The notes beneath the pieces were generated by a model. The model made no database searches. It saw nothing but the letters and a program-made list of their open reading frames with translations, and had not been told where the DNA came from. The position numbers and the translations under genes were made by a program. DNA of 64,000 bases, from NCBI GenBank assembly GCA_030265395.1, contig JARFYF010000001.1, positions 100,569,970 to 100,633,969 of the forward strand, in the 5' to 3' direction. This document shows positions 12,318 through 25,839 of the stretch, piece after piece. This stretch comes from Rhina ancylostomus (lineage: Eukaryota). Positions within the stretch are counted from its first letter, which is position 1, and each line of letters begins with the position of its first letter.

Positions 12318-12799
12318 TATATATTTTTATATTCTATCAGTTATGAATTCACTTCATCTCTTGGTGTCTTCATTCACTGAGCTCTTCACCACAAGCTGAA
12401 CTTGACACCTTAGAAGTAACTATTCCAAACATTAGTAAACCCTGTGGATCACTTCCCCTGGTGGGGTTAATGCAGGTCTGTCTTGCATCCTGTTCTACAG
12501 TTGTTGCTCCAGCATTCCTGTTGTTAATGCACTGTTTACAATATATTAGATTTTCTGGATTACCATATTCTTTGTGTAACCTGTATGCACTTAATTATAA
12601 AGTTTTATGTTGACAAAGTCCAATAAGTGCAGTTGTTTTATTTAGACATTTTATTTTCTCCAGTACTAGATACCAGTAATCCAGCAGCAAGCTCTATTTT
12701 AATTGCTTCTGAAGGCTCTCCAGTTTTATGCCTTGGCTTTCACATGACCTTGCATTCTGACTCTCACTCTGACATGCTGTTGACATCAGACTGTTCCTC

Positions 12800-12885
12800 T
12801 TGAAAAACATAAACTGCAGGTGCTGGGAATCTGAAATAAAAACAGAGCAGTGGAAATAAATCAGTAGATCAGGCAGTATCTAAAT
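12800..12885 (-). mobile_element. Penelope-like element terminal (pseudo-LTR end) fragment
   Basis: ACTGCAGGTGCTGGGAATCTGAAATAAAAACAGAG...TCAGTAGATCAGGCAGTATCT. The same motif, reversed, ends the Penelope element at 51481-51565. Confidence 0.6.
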
Positions 12886-13189
12886 GAGTCACTTTGCTGC
12901 CAGACCTTTCCCTTTCCTGCTGCTTTACTCTTTCCTCTATTCTGCTCTCCCTTTTGAAGTCGCAATGTCACCTCTGCTACGTGTCCCTTTTTGGATTATC
13001 TCCAAAGCTTTCACTTCTGACTTGACTATTTTCTCTCTGTTGTGTCACTCTCAGGCTGGCTGTATTGGGTCGATGTTAGTACATCCACATTTGTGGTAGC
13101 TTTTTTACAAAGCATGTTCAATCTGGAATACATGGCTTGCAGATGTTGTGAAAGTTCCCTCAGCGGATCTTGGAGCTTGTCTATGCAAA

Positions 13190-14402
13190 ACATAGTGATA
13201 ATGTAGGGCTTGGTATAACTGAGGAAACTAATGAAGCATGTAACATGGATAATACAACACTGGGCCAACCAAATTAGCTGTATTGGTATGGAGGACAAAT
13301 TCATGGAGTGTATAAGAGATGGCTTTCTTGGTCAGTATGTTGAGGAGCCAGCAAGGAAACAGGGTATTTTATATATAATATTGTGCAACTAATATATTTT
13401 CTGATAATTAAATGCCCTTAGAAAAGAGTGATTGAACTTTATATAACTATTGAAAATGATTTAGCTCAAGTTAAAACCAGAGTCTTATAAAACTAATCAA
13501 AGCAAACTACAAATGTATGAAGTTTGTTTTGGCAATAGTATATTGGGAAGATACTTTAATAGATTTGACAGTAAACAAGCAAGAGCTAAAATTTAGAGAA
13601 CTAATACACAGTTTACATCAAATATATGTACTATTAAGGTACAAAAACCCAACAGGAAAAATGATCTAGACTTAGCTAACAAGAAGAGTTAGAGACAGTA
13701 TTGGATCGAATGTTGCCAAAACTGAATAGCAAATTTGAAGACTGGGAAGATTTCAAATTTCAGCAGAGGATCAAGACATTGATAAGGAAAGGGAAGATAG
13801 AAGAGTAATGTAGTGGGAAACATAAATGCAAACTATAGAAGCATATATTAATATGTTAAAAGCGAAAGATTAGCAACATTTAATGTGGGTCCATTACAGA
13901 CTGAGTTAAAGAAATGGCAGAGAAATTAAACAAATATTTTGTCTTTCTTTACAGAAAGAGATACAGAAAATTTCTCGTTAACAATGGACAACACATCCAG
14001 ACTAAGTGAGGGGCTGGAAGATACTAGCAAAAGTTTAAAAAAATTTGGAGAAATTAGTGGGATTGAAAGCCAATAAATTGCTAGGAACTGAAGGCTGGTT
14101 TCCTAAGGTTTTGAAAGTGGTGGTAATCGGGATAGTGGGTGCACTTTCAAAATTTCATTGGCTCTAGAATGGTTCCCATAGGTTGCAAGGTAGCACATGT
14201 AACCCCACTCTTTAAGAAAGCAGCAAGAGAGAAAAAAGGAACTGCCGGCTAGTTAGGCTGTTAGTGGTCAGAATCAGGTTTATGTAATCGTGAAAGTATT
14301 GTTTTGCAGTCGCAGTACAGTAGTTAATGGCATAGTACAGTGGTGGGGGAAATACTATAATCTATTACTATTGCTGAAAGGGTATTTGGAAAATAATAAT
14401 AG
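13190..14402 (+). mobile_element. Old CR1 LINE ORF2, 5' part (endonuclease end and linker), decayed
   Basis: FMECIRDGFLGQYVEEPAR at about 13300, MAEKLNKYF at about 13914 and VAHVTPLFKK at about 14190. Continues at 15570. Confidence 0.85.
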
Positions 14403-15569
14403 CATTGTGCTTAGTTTTGGTCGCCTCACTACAGGAAGGATGTGGAAGCCATAGAAAGGGTGCAGAGTAGATTTACAAGGATGCTGCCTGGAATGTGGAG
14501 CATGCCTTATGNNNNNNNNNNNNNNNNNNNNNNNNNNNNNNNNNNNNNNNNNNNNNNNNNNNNNNNNNNNNNNNNNNNNNNNNNNNNNNNNNNNNNNNNN
14601 NNNNNNNNNNNCTCAGTGGTTGGTAAGCTGATGGAGAAGATCCTGAGAGGCAGGATTTATGAACATTTGGAGAGGTATAATATGATTAAGAATAGTCAGC
14701 ATGGCTTTGTCAAGGGCAGGTCCTGCCTTCCAAGCCTGATTGAATTTCTTGAGGATGTGACTAAACACATCGATGAAGGAAGAGCAGTAGATGTAGTGAT
14801 GTGGATTTCAGCAATCATTTGATAAGGTACCCATGCAAGGCTTATTGATAAGTAAGGAGGCATGGGATCCAAGGGGACATTCCAATGTGGATCCAGAACT
14901 GGCTGGCCCACAGAAGGCAAAGAGTAGTTATGGAAGCCATAGAGAGTGCTGAGGAGATTTACAAAGATGCTGCCTAGAATGCGGAGCATGCCTTAAATGA
15001 TTCTGTTGTACTATGTTCTCTGGCAGCCTGTTCCATATTCTCACCACCCTCTGTGTGGAAAAAGTTCCCCCTCGGGTTCCTTTTAGATCTTTTCCCTCTC
15101 ACCCTAAATCTATGGCCTCTAGTTTTGGACTTCCCTACCCTGGAGTTCCCAGGTTGAGGGAACTCAGCTTTTTCTCCTTGTAGCGATGGAGGATGAAGGG
15201 GGACCTGAGAGATATACAAGATGATGAGAGGCATTGATTGGGTAGATAGAGGTTTTTCCCAAGGCTGAAATGGTGGCCACAAGAGGACACAGGTTTAACT
15301 TGCTGGCGAGTAGGTATAGAGGAGATGTCAGGGGTAAGTTTTTTTACTCAGAGTGGTGAGTGTGTGGAATGGGCTACCAGCAACAGTGGTGGAAGTGGAT
15401 ATGATAGGGTCTTTTAAGAGACTGTTGGATATGTACATGGAGCTGAGAAAAGTAGAGGGCTATGGGTAAGCCTAGTAACTTCTAGGGTAGGGACCTGTTC
15501 GGCACAGCTTTGTGGGTTGAAGGGCCTGAATTGTGCTGTAGGTTTTCTGTGTTTCTATGTTTCTTTTCT
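14403..15569 (+). mobile_element. Younger, rearranged CR1 LINE inserted into the old CR1
   Basis: SVVGKLMEKILRGRIYEHL..SQHGFVKGRSCL..LIEF.EDVTK..DEGRAVDVV (RT) and AIERVQSRFTRMLPG. Ends in GGGCCTGAATTGTGCTGTAGGTTTTCTGTGTTTCTATGTTTC tail. Confidence 0.85.
15003..15145 (-). mobile_element. Antisense CR1 ORF2-end fragment nested in the younger CR1
   Basis: Minus ORF reads GKSKTRGHRFRVRGKRSKRNPRGNFFH. The plus-strand CR1 resumes at about 15150 (AGGTTGAGGGAACTC). Confidence 0.75.
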
Positions 15570-16833
15570 ATGATTGGACAGACCAAACATGGATTTATGA
15601 AAGTAAAGACTTTTAACTTATTGAAGTTGTAAACAGCAGAATAGATAGGGCAGAGCCAGTGGATATGGTGTGTTTAGACTTTCAAAGGTTTTTATCAAGA
15701 TGCTAAACAAGAATTTATTCAGCAAAATCAGAGTATGAGAGATTGGAATCATTTGCTGCTCTGAATTGGGGATTGGCCAATGCTCAGAGAACAGAGTGTA
15801 GAAATAAATGGGTTATTTTTAGGTTGAGAGGCTGTGACTAGTGAGATGACACAGGGACCAGTTATTCATAATGCATATCACTGATTTGAATGTGGAGACT
15901 AAATCTAAAATATGCAAGTTTGGTGATACAAAGCTGGAAGTCACTATAGATTGTGAGAAGGATATAGAAAAAGTAGCAATTGCAGATGGAATATAATGTA
16001 GAAAAATGTGAGGTGATCTATTTTGGTGGCAAAAATAAGAAAGCAGAGTATTTTTTAAATGGTGAAAGGTTAAGGGTGATTGTGTTCAGATCTGAGTGGC
16101 CCTGTGCACAAATCATTGAAAGTTAATGCATAGGTTCTGCAAGCAATTAAGCAGGCAAATGGTAAGTTGACCCATATTACTTGAGGATTTCAGTACAAGA
16201 AGAAGGACGTCCTAATGCAATATTATAGGGACATGGTGAGACTGCACCTGGAGTATTATGCACAGGTCTAGTCTCTTTACCTTAGGAAAGATGCATTTCC
16301 TCAAAAACAAATGTAACATAAGTTCACCAGGTTGATTCCTGGGATATGCGCTTGTCTTATGAGAAGCAATTAAATAGACTGAGCCTATATGCTTTGAGTT
16401 TAGAAGAATGAAAGGTGATCTCATTGAATCATTCAAAAATCTGATGCGGCTTGACAGGATAGCCACAAGGATGATATTTCTCCTGGCTGGGATTTCTAGT
16501 TGGTGTCACAGTTTCCAAACAGGGGTCAGCCATCCAACATGAGATGAGAAGTCTTCACCCAAAAGTTAAGTGCATCTTTGGACCTCTCATCTCACCTTGG
16601 AAGGCTGACCCCTGTTTGGAGACTGTGACCCTCAACTTGTGGACTTTTGAGGCATAGCCAGTGGATTACGAGGATAAAAACTGATAGATTTTTGGATATT
16701 AAAGGAGTCAAAGAAAATGGGGTTAGTGCGAGAAAGTGGAGCCAAAGTGTAAGATCAGCCATAATCTTATCAACTAGTGGAGCAGGCATGAGTGTCTGAA
16801 TGGTGATTCTCCTGCTTCTATTTCTTATATTCT
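15570..16833 (+). mobile_element. Old CR1 LINE ORF2 RT, C-terminus and 3'UTR (continuation of 13190-14402)
   Basis: HGFMK, EPVDMVCLDFQ, ICKFGDTKL, MEYNVEKCEVIYFG and MVRLHLEY motifs. 3'UTR GATCAGCCAT...GGAGCAGGC...CTCCTGCTTCTATTTCTTAT. Confidence 0.85.
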
Positions 16834-17569
16834 CCTCATTCCCTCTGCAAATGTTTCTGTAGTTTAATTGCTTTTCTCTCTGTCCTGGTACTATACTGTC
16901 ATCATCATGCAATATCTATTTCAACTTTTGATAAACAGTGCAATAGATGTTTACCCAGTCCTTATTATCTGACATCTGAACAGTCAGCATTGCACTTTCA
17001 AATAACATCTACAATATGCTCTTTATCTCTGAATGTGTGTTCTTCATTAATATTATATACTCACATTGCAAACCCACATCTGGAGATACCACATTCCATT
17101 AACTACTGTGTTTTTCGAGGAATCTCTCGGGCTATTCTCTGTATCCTTCTCGCATCCTGCAGTGACATCCAGCATTGTGCCACCGAACTTGCAAAGTTGG
17201 GAACCATGTAAATTAATTAATAGAACAGTAGTGCTTTTTGCTTGCTGGAAGTTAATGATTTACAAAGTAAATAGTACTAAGGGTATGTAAAATGTTGGCT
17301 TTACACCCTTATGATCATGAGATAGTTACTCCAAGGCAGAAGATGAATACAGAAAAGGGGAGGGTAGTGGAAGATAAAATTGGTCGTGCGCAAGGTGAGG
17401 GAGTTGTCTGTTTGCTTTCCCCTGAAGTTGCAAGACGGGCAATGACATCCCCAGACTGTTGACACTCCGAAGGTCTTGCTTGAGATGTGTGTTGAGTTCC
17501 TTTGGCTTTAAAGTGAGATACTTCGCTGAAAAAAAGATTGAATGAGCAAGATCCTGTATCCTAATTCTG

Positions 17570-17930
17570 TGTGCATCACTATTCTTGAGATGTGCAGCAT
17601 TATTGGCATTGCTGCAATGTCTATTTCAGACAGCCACGTATAACTGGCTGTGTCCAGCATGTACAAGATTTATGCATTCCAAAGATTCTTCTTTATAGTT
17701 ACTTAAACAGGGACAAAATACAAAAGCTCACTCAAAACAAACCTGGATCCTGTCGCATTGACAATAGGACAAGGACAATAACCAGAGGAGACAGCTACCT
17801 GGTGCACGATTTTGAACATTATGAGTGGGAGTCAAAGGAACCAGTGTGGTGTTAATACTCGCAATACACCAATGGACTGTCTGTAGCTGCACATGAGGAT
17901 CCTAGACCCTGGCCTTACATCAGACAGGTG
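17570..17930 (+). mobile_element. RTE-clade LINE C-terminal relic
   Basis: ORF 17592 reads QPRITGCVQHVQDLCIPKILLYSYL (cf. QLRWAGHV.RM.D.RLPK.LLYSEL). Confidence 0.55.
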
Positions 17931-20900
17931 TTTACAAATTAATGAGATCTGTCAGGCTCAATCAATGATCAATAGCTTGCTTTAAGGCTTTGTCTTTGTC
18001 GGCCAGGAACACATATCTTACATAATGTTTAACTTGTCTTTGAAGTTGCTGATACTGGAAGATGTTGGTGTGGCTTCCAAAACCCTGGGCTCTAAATTTT
18101 TAAGAGCAATTCATTGAATTAGCACATTTGATGCAGTAACTCACTCCAGGGTGCCTCAAGACAATGTAACATCATTAAAGAAGTATACATTAAGATAAGT
18201 GACTCAAACTTGCTCAGAGATATAGGTTTTTGAGAAAAGGGGGTATGCAGTGGAGAGGGAGGGCAGAGCAAACCAGTGAATGAGATGTATTGTAGAAATT
18301 CAGAGTAAATGACTTGGCCTTTGAAAGCAGGATAGCTGGCCCTTGGGGCTTTCAGTGACCCTGGAAATACAAATTGGATACCTTTGTTTTGTACAACTGT
18401 TTTTGCTATTTTATAATCATCCTACCTCCTACTATCAATCACCTCTTGCTTTATAAAAGCAAATTTATGTTTTGAGTTTCAAGGTGTATGTGAGACATGT
18501 CAAATTCTGTGAGTTGTGTGTAGCTAAAATTCAGGCATGTTGCTAGATCCTAAACTGGCAGAAAGCATAAGAAGACAAAATCTAGGATGTGCAAAGTAAA
18601 TTGAATAATTTCTTGGGAAAACATAGTCAAACTTGCTCCACTGATCACAGATCCTTCAACTATAAAGATGAGTGGACTGGGTCCACCTGGTTAACCCCAT
18701 ACAGGAAAATATCAATTAATCTTCTTCAGTAGAACTGAAGCATGAGTAATCCTCTCATTAAATTGTTTGACCCATTCTCTAAGTAAACAAAAGAGTAGAG
18801 AAAAACTGATTTGTCTTTCCTTGTTTTCATGGCGAATCTTCAAGAGGCTTAAGTACAAGCCCTGGACACTGTCAGTTCTTTCAGTCAATGGTCACTAATG
18901 ACTGATTTAAGGCAAATGCAATTAAGACAGATAATTGGCACTAAGAGGCCTATTGTCAATGTGCAGATGCATGTATTTCTAAGAGTGTAAACGTATCTTT
19001 ATCTTTTGGAACCATCTTAGCAATTAGCTTTTTGGGAAGTCAGTGATGGAAATGAAAAGTTAAAGGCTCTGTCTGAACCTTAAGTCAATCCAATTTATTA
19101 TATCATTGAATATAATGAGAAAGTCAGTGACAGACAGAGAAGTAAGTATGCACTTTGAAGTTATTTTTGACCTCCATGTATCTTAAGAAGATGAAATTTG
19201 CTTGGACACCTTTTCAGGCCTAGAATTGGCTCGACACAAACCAATCGACTAGGCTGATAGTTTCTGGGAACAACATTTTAGAATGATTCTTGAAGATTCC
19301 AAGCAGAATGTGCTTCTCAAAACTATGCCTCCAATTGCTAATTGCAACAAATATTTAGTCTCTCACCCCACAACCCAAGGCATAAAATAAAGGCAATGAG
19401 GGGCACCTTCAGGCAAACCATTGCATTCCACCTAGTGGTCAGACTCATCTGCCTGTAATTCTCTCTCTCTGGCTATGGAAGTGATTACCTTACACAGACA
19501 CACACACATCTGAGAGGTGACAGGTGCAATTTTACTGCAGCTGGATGTTGGCAGGGGTGGTAGAATTTCATCATCTTTAACATCATAGCAAGACAGTGGG
19601 ACAGAAATTTAATGAGATCGGGAAGTCCAGCAAAGTCTGGTGGCAATCACTATCCACCTGTGTTATTTTACTCACCTCTACAAGACATCATCCACTATAT
19701 CAGAACATTATCTCATCACTAAGGTCTGCTTTATTCTGTACCATAGTCTTCCTTTGACACCAGAACCACAATTTCTTCTCCTCCAGATAGGTAAAAAAGG
19801 GGGCATTTAATGAACCAGTCATCTGACAACATATCATCACAATGGCCTGAGTCAACAACAGATGTGCCCACTTTATGAAACAAGCCCTGTGCTGTGTCAC
19901 TGAGCTCTCTAGAACTGATATGAACTGAACTACTCACTGAACCTTTGGACCCCAGTGCACATGTCAGTAGATAATTGTGGCATATTAATTATGCCAAACA
20001 ATGTATTGTTCGAAATTAAACCTCATGGAAGTAGCTTTGTTTCAGAATGAGTCCTGTGAATCCAAACAGCAAATTTGTGTGTGTATCTTTTTAGGGTGCT
20101 CTTTCACCAGTCCAGGGGTAAAGAGATGAAGAGAGGGGAAGGGTAGGGCTTATGCAGATAAAATAGGTAAATTGCTCCATATGCTAGTTTATATGTAGAC
20201 TCAGAGTTGAATCGAATACAATCTCAAAAGAATCAATTAAATGTTCTTAGTTTGGATTTATTTTAAACATTTCCTTAATTTGATTAAGTAAACTTTATCT
20301 TAGAAGAACCAGATGGTATGATGGAATTGATTCTATGCTTTACTTCTAGGTGATTTCCAGCCCAGGTAATGGGATGAAAGTCTGCGCTGTCCACTCATTG
20401 TAAGTAATTGATGCAACATAAGTTTGAATGAACTCAATCCAGTTTCAAGCCAGCATAGGCTATCAGCAGAAAATAACCTTAAGTCACCGATGACAGTTGA
20501 TTTTATGGTTCCTAGAAATGAGGCATTTTTAGTGATTAGGCTGAGGCATGAGCTAAGAGAGCTTTAAAGTGGCATGGAATCTTCTAGTTAATCATATATG
20601 TTCCATCATCAAAATCTCAGCACAAAGTGCTGCGTTTATCCAAATTACAATTATCCGACCTCCACTAGTATCTCTGGAATTGGCCTTTTGCAAGAATAAA
20701 AGAGCTCACAAAAGGAAAGTTTTCACCTTCACTGTCCAGGTATGAATTCACTCTGTGTGATTTAGAAGAACTTCCTGATGGCAGTCCTAAATTCATTTTG
20801 TACTGGTTTAAACCTTATGTCCCGTATCCTTCCCTAGGGTAATTATCTGAATTAATCTTATATGTAGGATTTGCAATCTGTGCTCCTGTATAAAAATATT

Positions 20901-21429
20901 TAGCAGATTCTTTCTTTCAATATTGGAATGTCCAAGATTTNNNNNNNNNNNNNNNNNTTTAACAAAAGTGATTAACCTCATGGCTCTTTGCTGCCCCTTC
21001 CATTCATGCACATTTGCTGCAAAATTCACAGTGCCCACCATGTGGGGAAGGATGATAGCTGGTGTAATGCTCATGAACATCAAATGTTTAGCACTGATTT
21101 AATACCAACACTGCCAACCGGACAACAAATCTTGCCTTTAATGGTGTGCTCACTTCACAGAGGAAGCCAGGGTTAGCAGCAGGGAGGAACCACCAACCTA
21201 TGCTATTTGCTGAAATCAATAGTTCCTCGGTTTGTCCATATTTCAGCTTTCCAGCATTTATGGGTTTTTGTTTTTTGCCATGTTTGTCCACTTGTGTTAC
21301 TGATTGAATTGTAGAGGGCTGGTTTTTGCAAATTATTATGGGTTAGATTTTTTTTTGCCAGATTGTGGGACACAATTTTGTGATCTAATTTAAATGATTT
21401 TGCAGTTCAGCAAAGCAGTGTTGCTTCCA

Positions 21430-21690
21430 AACACGGGTGCTCTGGTGAAAATTCCACTTGGAGCAAAGGAAGTTTGGTGAATGAGGAGAGGAGTCACAAA
21501 ACAAGGCAAAACTGTCAGAAGGAAGATGGGGAGAAGGCTCTGTCCAGCAAGGTGGTCAGGGAGTACTTCTCCTGTATGTATCTCAGTGAGACTTTGCTCC
21601 ACCAGGAGGATTGATGGAGATGTCTCCATGCTGCTCCGTAACTGCAGCCACAGAGCAGGACAGAACAGCACTGCCAATTGCAAAGTCAAT
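21430..21690 (+). mobile_element. Harbinger transposase N-terminal relic
   Basis: Across frames: MGRRLCPAR..REYFSCMYLSE...LQPQSR..TALPIAKS (cf. RRPYPPRVFRE.FSYL.LSE...LQPQSRARTALPVAVKV). Homologous to 59690-59870. Confidence 0.6.
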
Positions 21691-24600
21691 ATATATCATA
21701 TCCATTGGGAATAACTTAACCTTTCTTTTGAACTTTTATAACCTGCCTTAGCTTTTCAAGGTATATCAACCTAATTAATTTTGATTAGGTTAAACCTTCC
21801 CGAGAAAAGCACATTACACTTGTCTCTGTTTATAAATACATGGAGGAAATAATCTTGAAAAGTTAGTTTAATTGAAGGAGATAGTCTACGGAAAACCCTT
21901 TTTTCCATGTCTTGGCAAAATATGCTGTGAAACCGTTTATGGGAAAATCTAGCATTAAACTCTAAAATGAAAATGAATCATTAAACTACTTGGGTTTGAT
22001 CAATTGACAATAAGAAGAGAATCTAAAAGTACACTAACAGTATTCAAGGTATGATCTGTCCCTGGCTGATAAATAGATGTGGTAATCTGTTTAGAGGCTG
22101 ACACAAAACACACCTTCTGCTAAAAAGTGTCCCGAGGTAACTAGGCCTTTTATTTTAACTTTTTTCTTGTGCAAAAAAACATATTAAATCTAATGGGAGG
22201 ACTCCATTGTAGCACAGCAAAGTGAATGAGCCTCACATATGTCCAGACTTAAGCCTGCCCTGCTATATGAGTGAGACAGCATGTCACTTGATCACTTCAT
22301 GTTTTACTACTTTTGTGCATTTATTATTTTCTAGTCAATCTTTCATTCTTGTCAATACATCTTTTTCACTTTTTGTGAATAAATACTGTGATGTTTATAA
22401 TTTGTAGTTTTTTTAAAAGGTAACAAGTGTAATGAAGTATTATTAATTAAGGTTAGATCTTCTTCAATAAAATGAGTAAGTTGATTTTTAGGACTTACTA
22501 TCTATAGTTTCAGGCTCTTCTAAGTGCATTCTTGCAGTTTTGATTCATACTCCCTTGTGTTTGTGATTCATACTCCCATGCATTGTCCTAACAAATTAGC
22601 ATCTAATGCATGCAAGCCTGTGATGGAGACTGGAATGGGAAGTAGGATAAAAGGGGCGTAACCATGTCCCATGGAGTCAGGAATTTATAACCAGTCATTA
22701 AGTAGATTTGTGTGAGCTCCCATCTTTCCTTGTGACTTTTCAGGAGCAGTCATCAGTTTACTTCATGGCTCTAAAGGCCAAATTCCCAGTTTTGTTTTAC
22801 ACATCTCTCCCAGCACAGGTTGCTTATCCCCTGCTGATAGAGGGTATTCAGATTGGAGCTCCTGCAGGAAATACATGTACCGCCTACCGTAAACCACCAA
22901 AATGCACCGGGGTCAGTTCATTGTACATTTTTGTATCAGCTTAAAAATAAAAGCCCCTTAATTATTATTTATTTACTTACATTGTTGCTTATGGTTTTTA
23001 TATTCACCACCTGAGTCCTTCTCCTTGTGTTAATGTCTCTTCCTCAAAATAATATCTTCATCAAGAAACTCCATGCTTTTTATGATTTACTACCAGTAAG
23101 TAATAGATCTCTGATGCTAAAATGATTTCTGAACAAGAAATACTTAATGGATGTTCGGCTTTTGAATATAAATGTACTCTGTTTTGAGCATGGATACAGA
23201 GTGAGATGCCACATAAAGGCCCCAAGTCTAACTTTGGGTCTGTGATGAATTTGTTAAGACATCAATGTTCTTTAATATGTCTTCTGTTTTTCCAGTGCTC
23301 TGGCAACATTTACATGGAATTCAACAGATTTTTGACCTTTGCAAAACTTTAGCATCTTTATAATCACACAGCTTTTCACTATTAAAAATAACTGTAAAGG
23401 CAAATGGCAGGTTGACATTTAGGTATAGTAGCTTCAATGGAATTGAATGATCTTTCTCTTGGGCACTATGTATACCTGTTTAGCAATTTTAGATTTGAAC
23501 AAACTCCATCTTTTTCTGCAGCCAGCTAGTTATTTCTCCCTTTTTAACTGTTGGCAAATCTGCTATGTATTTCCAATGTTTTAATTTCAGATTTCCTGCA
23601 ACCACTTTTTTAAGAAATTTCTCTTAGTTTCTTGTTTTTGTTTTATCTTCAGTGACTTCCAGCCAAATTGCATAACACTTGCCAGAGCTCTTTTTGCTTT
23701 TTTAATGAATCGCTAGCAGAACTTTTTATGCATTGCTTACCAGCTTTCAACTACAACTGCTTTTACCAAAATCAGGTTGATGAAGGGACATATCAAATGC
23801 AAATAAACTCCAGCTACGAAGGGGTGCATTGCAATAGATGCTGCATCGAAGGGTGGGGAATGCAAGGTTGCTCTTTGGAGATCAAAGGGAACTGAAGAGT
23901 CTGGTGAAGAACAGGAGACTGGTTCTTTCTGTGAGAGGGCCATTGCAGCTAGCCATTTCTCAGCAGAGGTTGTTGAGATCTCTGAATTGCCACCTCTGAA
24001 TGCCTGCACTCTGCCTACTCTCATAGGCTAAAGGAGAAGAAGGTGACGATTCCTGTCCTTGAGCTGGGGGTTTGAGTGAACTTCCTATTGCAGAGTGATA
24101 AGTGGCACAGATCATCAGCCTGAAATGATCCTGGTGCAAGGAAAGAGAGAGGGACTGACCCTGGCTTCCATAGGCAAAACAGTTAAGGCACCTGAGTTTG
24201 TGAGGACATAGGACATTACAGATCTCTGTGCAGGTAATAAAAGCAGTTATATGTCAGCCCTTCTATGATTTCAGGGGATAGCAGGTTAGCAAAAACAAGT
24301 TGTTCTGTGGGTGAATAAGAACAGTTGTTTAAAACAGCAGTGAGACTGAAAATCTTACTGCAGATGTCTTTTGCTTGTCGCGCTACTGTTGACATCATTT
24401 GGGGTTTTAGACCAGAAACAAAGTGCTGGAGCAAATGAATATCCCACTGAGAAATGAAAAGACTGTTTACCTGATGGGTGTGATGGTGCCCAGAAATGTG
24501 CACAAGGTTGTTATCCTCCAGTTTTACTCCATGTTCAACAGCACAGCACTTTTGCTTTTGACTTTTGGGATTATATAATAAATTTCTAGCCCTTCTGTCT

Positions 24601-25839
24601 TCGTGCATTTTTGATTTTATTCTTGCCTTGTCTTTGGTGAAGTGGAACTTCACTGAATTTTTTTTCCTTGACACCAATATCTCTTGTCCAGTCACAGAGA
24701 AGCTTGTATTCTAATTACAATATTCTGACTGGGCTGCAGATGATATTAACATCAGTAGTTGTTTGTGCCTGATGTAAGTGATTTCCTCCAGAGAGCCAAG
24801 CTCTATTTCAACATCAGATGGATCATTAACAACACATCCAACAGCTGTATACATTGTCATATTGAAAGGGGGATGAAGTTCAATGAAAGGTAGTTGCAGG
24901 AAATGTACTGATTACACAGCTGAGGACTGTGATTTGAGTGAAATGTCAAGAAGTTGGTGTTATGGAGCAAAATTGCTATTCAAGAACTGAATAGGTAGAT
25001 GTTAACATGAGAGTCCATTAACTTGAGAGACATACCTCACCTATTTATGTGGAGACACTTGAAGGGTATCAGGCTACAACTTACTTTGTTACCAAGGCTA
25101 TAACTTAAGATTTTAGTTTTTCAGTGTTTATAACATAAAGGCCCTAATAATGTATACATTCTCCTGTTGACTCAGTTGTTCACAGGGCTTCAGGAGTAGA
25201 GTTGGGGTAGATTAATAAAAAGATATTTGGAGCCTGAGAGTGTATCAAGGTACACCAGCCTATTCCCATTGGAAGAAGCCAGACAGTGCAGAGTAGATGG
25301 TCAACTGTGGTGGGAAGAATAGGCCGATGGTGAGCGCCTCTTCCTAAACAGTGTCTCTTCTATGGAACAGCTGAGCAAATCCAACAATAAAACTCCCTCA
25401 TGGATTCAGAATACAGATACCCTATTTTTTTTGACAGCACCCCAGAATTATCCTTGAAAGGGAACTTAAAAGGGAAGAGGGGAGAATATTTGTCAAGTGA
25501 TGGGTGTAGATATAGAAATGATGTGGCTGATGTAAATCTAAAATATGATTTCCTCCCTCATTAGCATTATTTTTGCTTTGTATATGAATTTCAATAAAGA
25601 AGCTATCCATCCAAAGAATCTGAAATCCATTTCACTTCAGAAGAGGGCTTTGTCAATGGTGTTGACTTCAATGGTGGATGAGTCACTATGTCTCCAAGAT
25701 ATCCTGTTTTACTTTTAATTTTTGGAGTTCCAGGAAAGAAATATCTTTCCTAGTTTCATACATGTTGTTTTGAAGCAGCAACCACTTTGAGCACAGCAAA
25801 CTCCCACAAACAGCAACGCGATTGACTACATTTACTACA

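Noticed and set aside
19426-19441. CTCF-like motif (TGACCACTAGGTGGAA on -)
   Set aside because: Single imperfect match, expected by chance without ChIP or conservation data.
19740-19960. Possible Harbinger transposase C-terminal relic
   Set aside because: Similarity too faint to support by eye.
22541-22577. TGATTCATACTCCC repeated twice (CRISPR-like at a glance)
   Set aside because: Only two units with a 9-bp spacer in vertebrate DNA; an ordinary tandem micro-duplication, with no cas genes.
24216-24695. 159-aa minus-strand ORF in apparently unique DNA
   Set aside because: Non-ATG start, no recognisable motif and no convincing splice sites; compatible with chance. A tBLASTn search would settle it.
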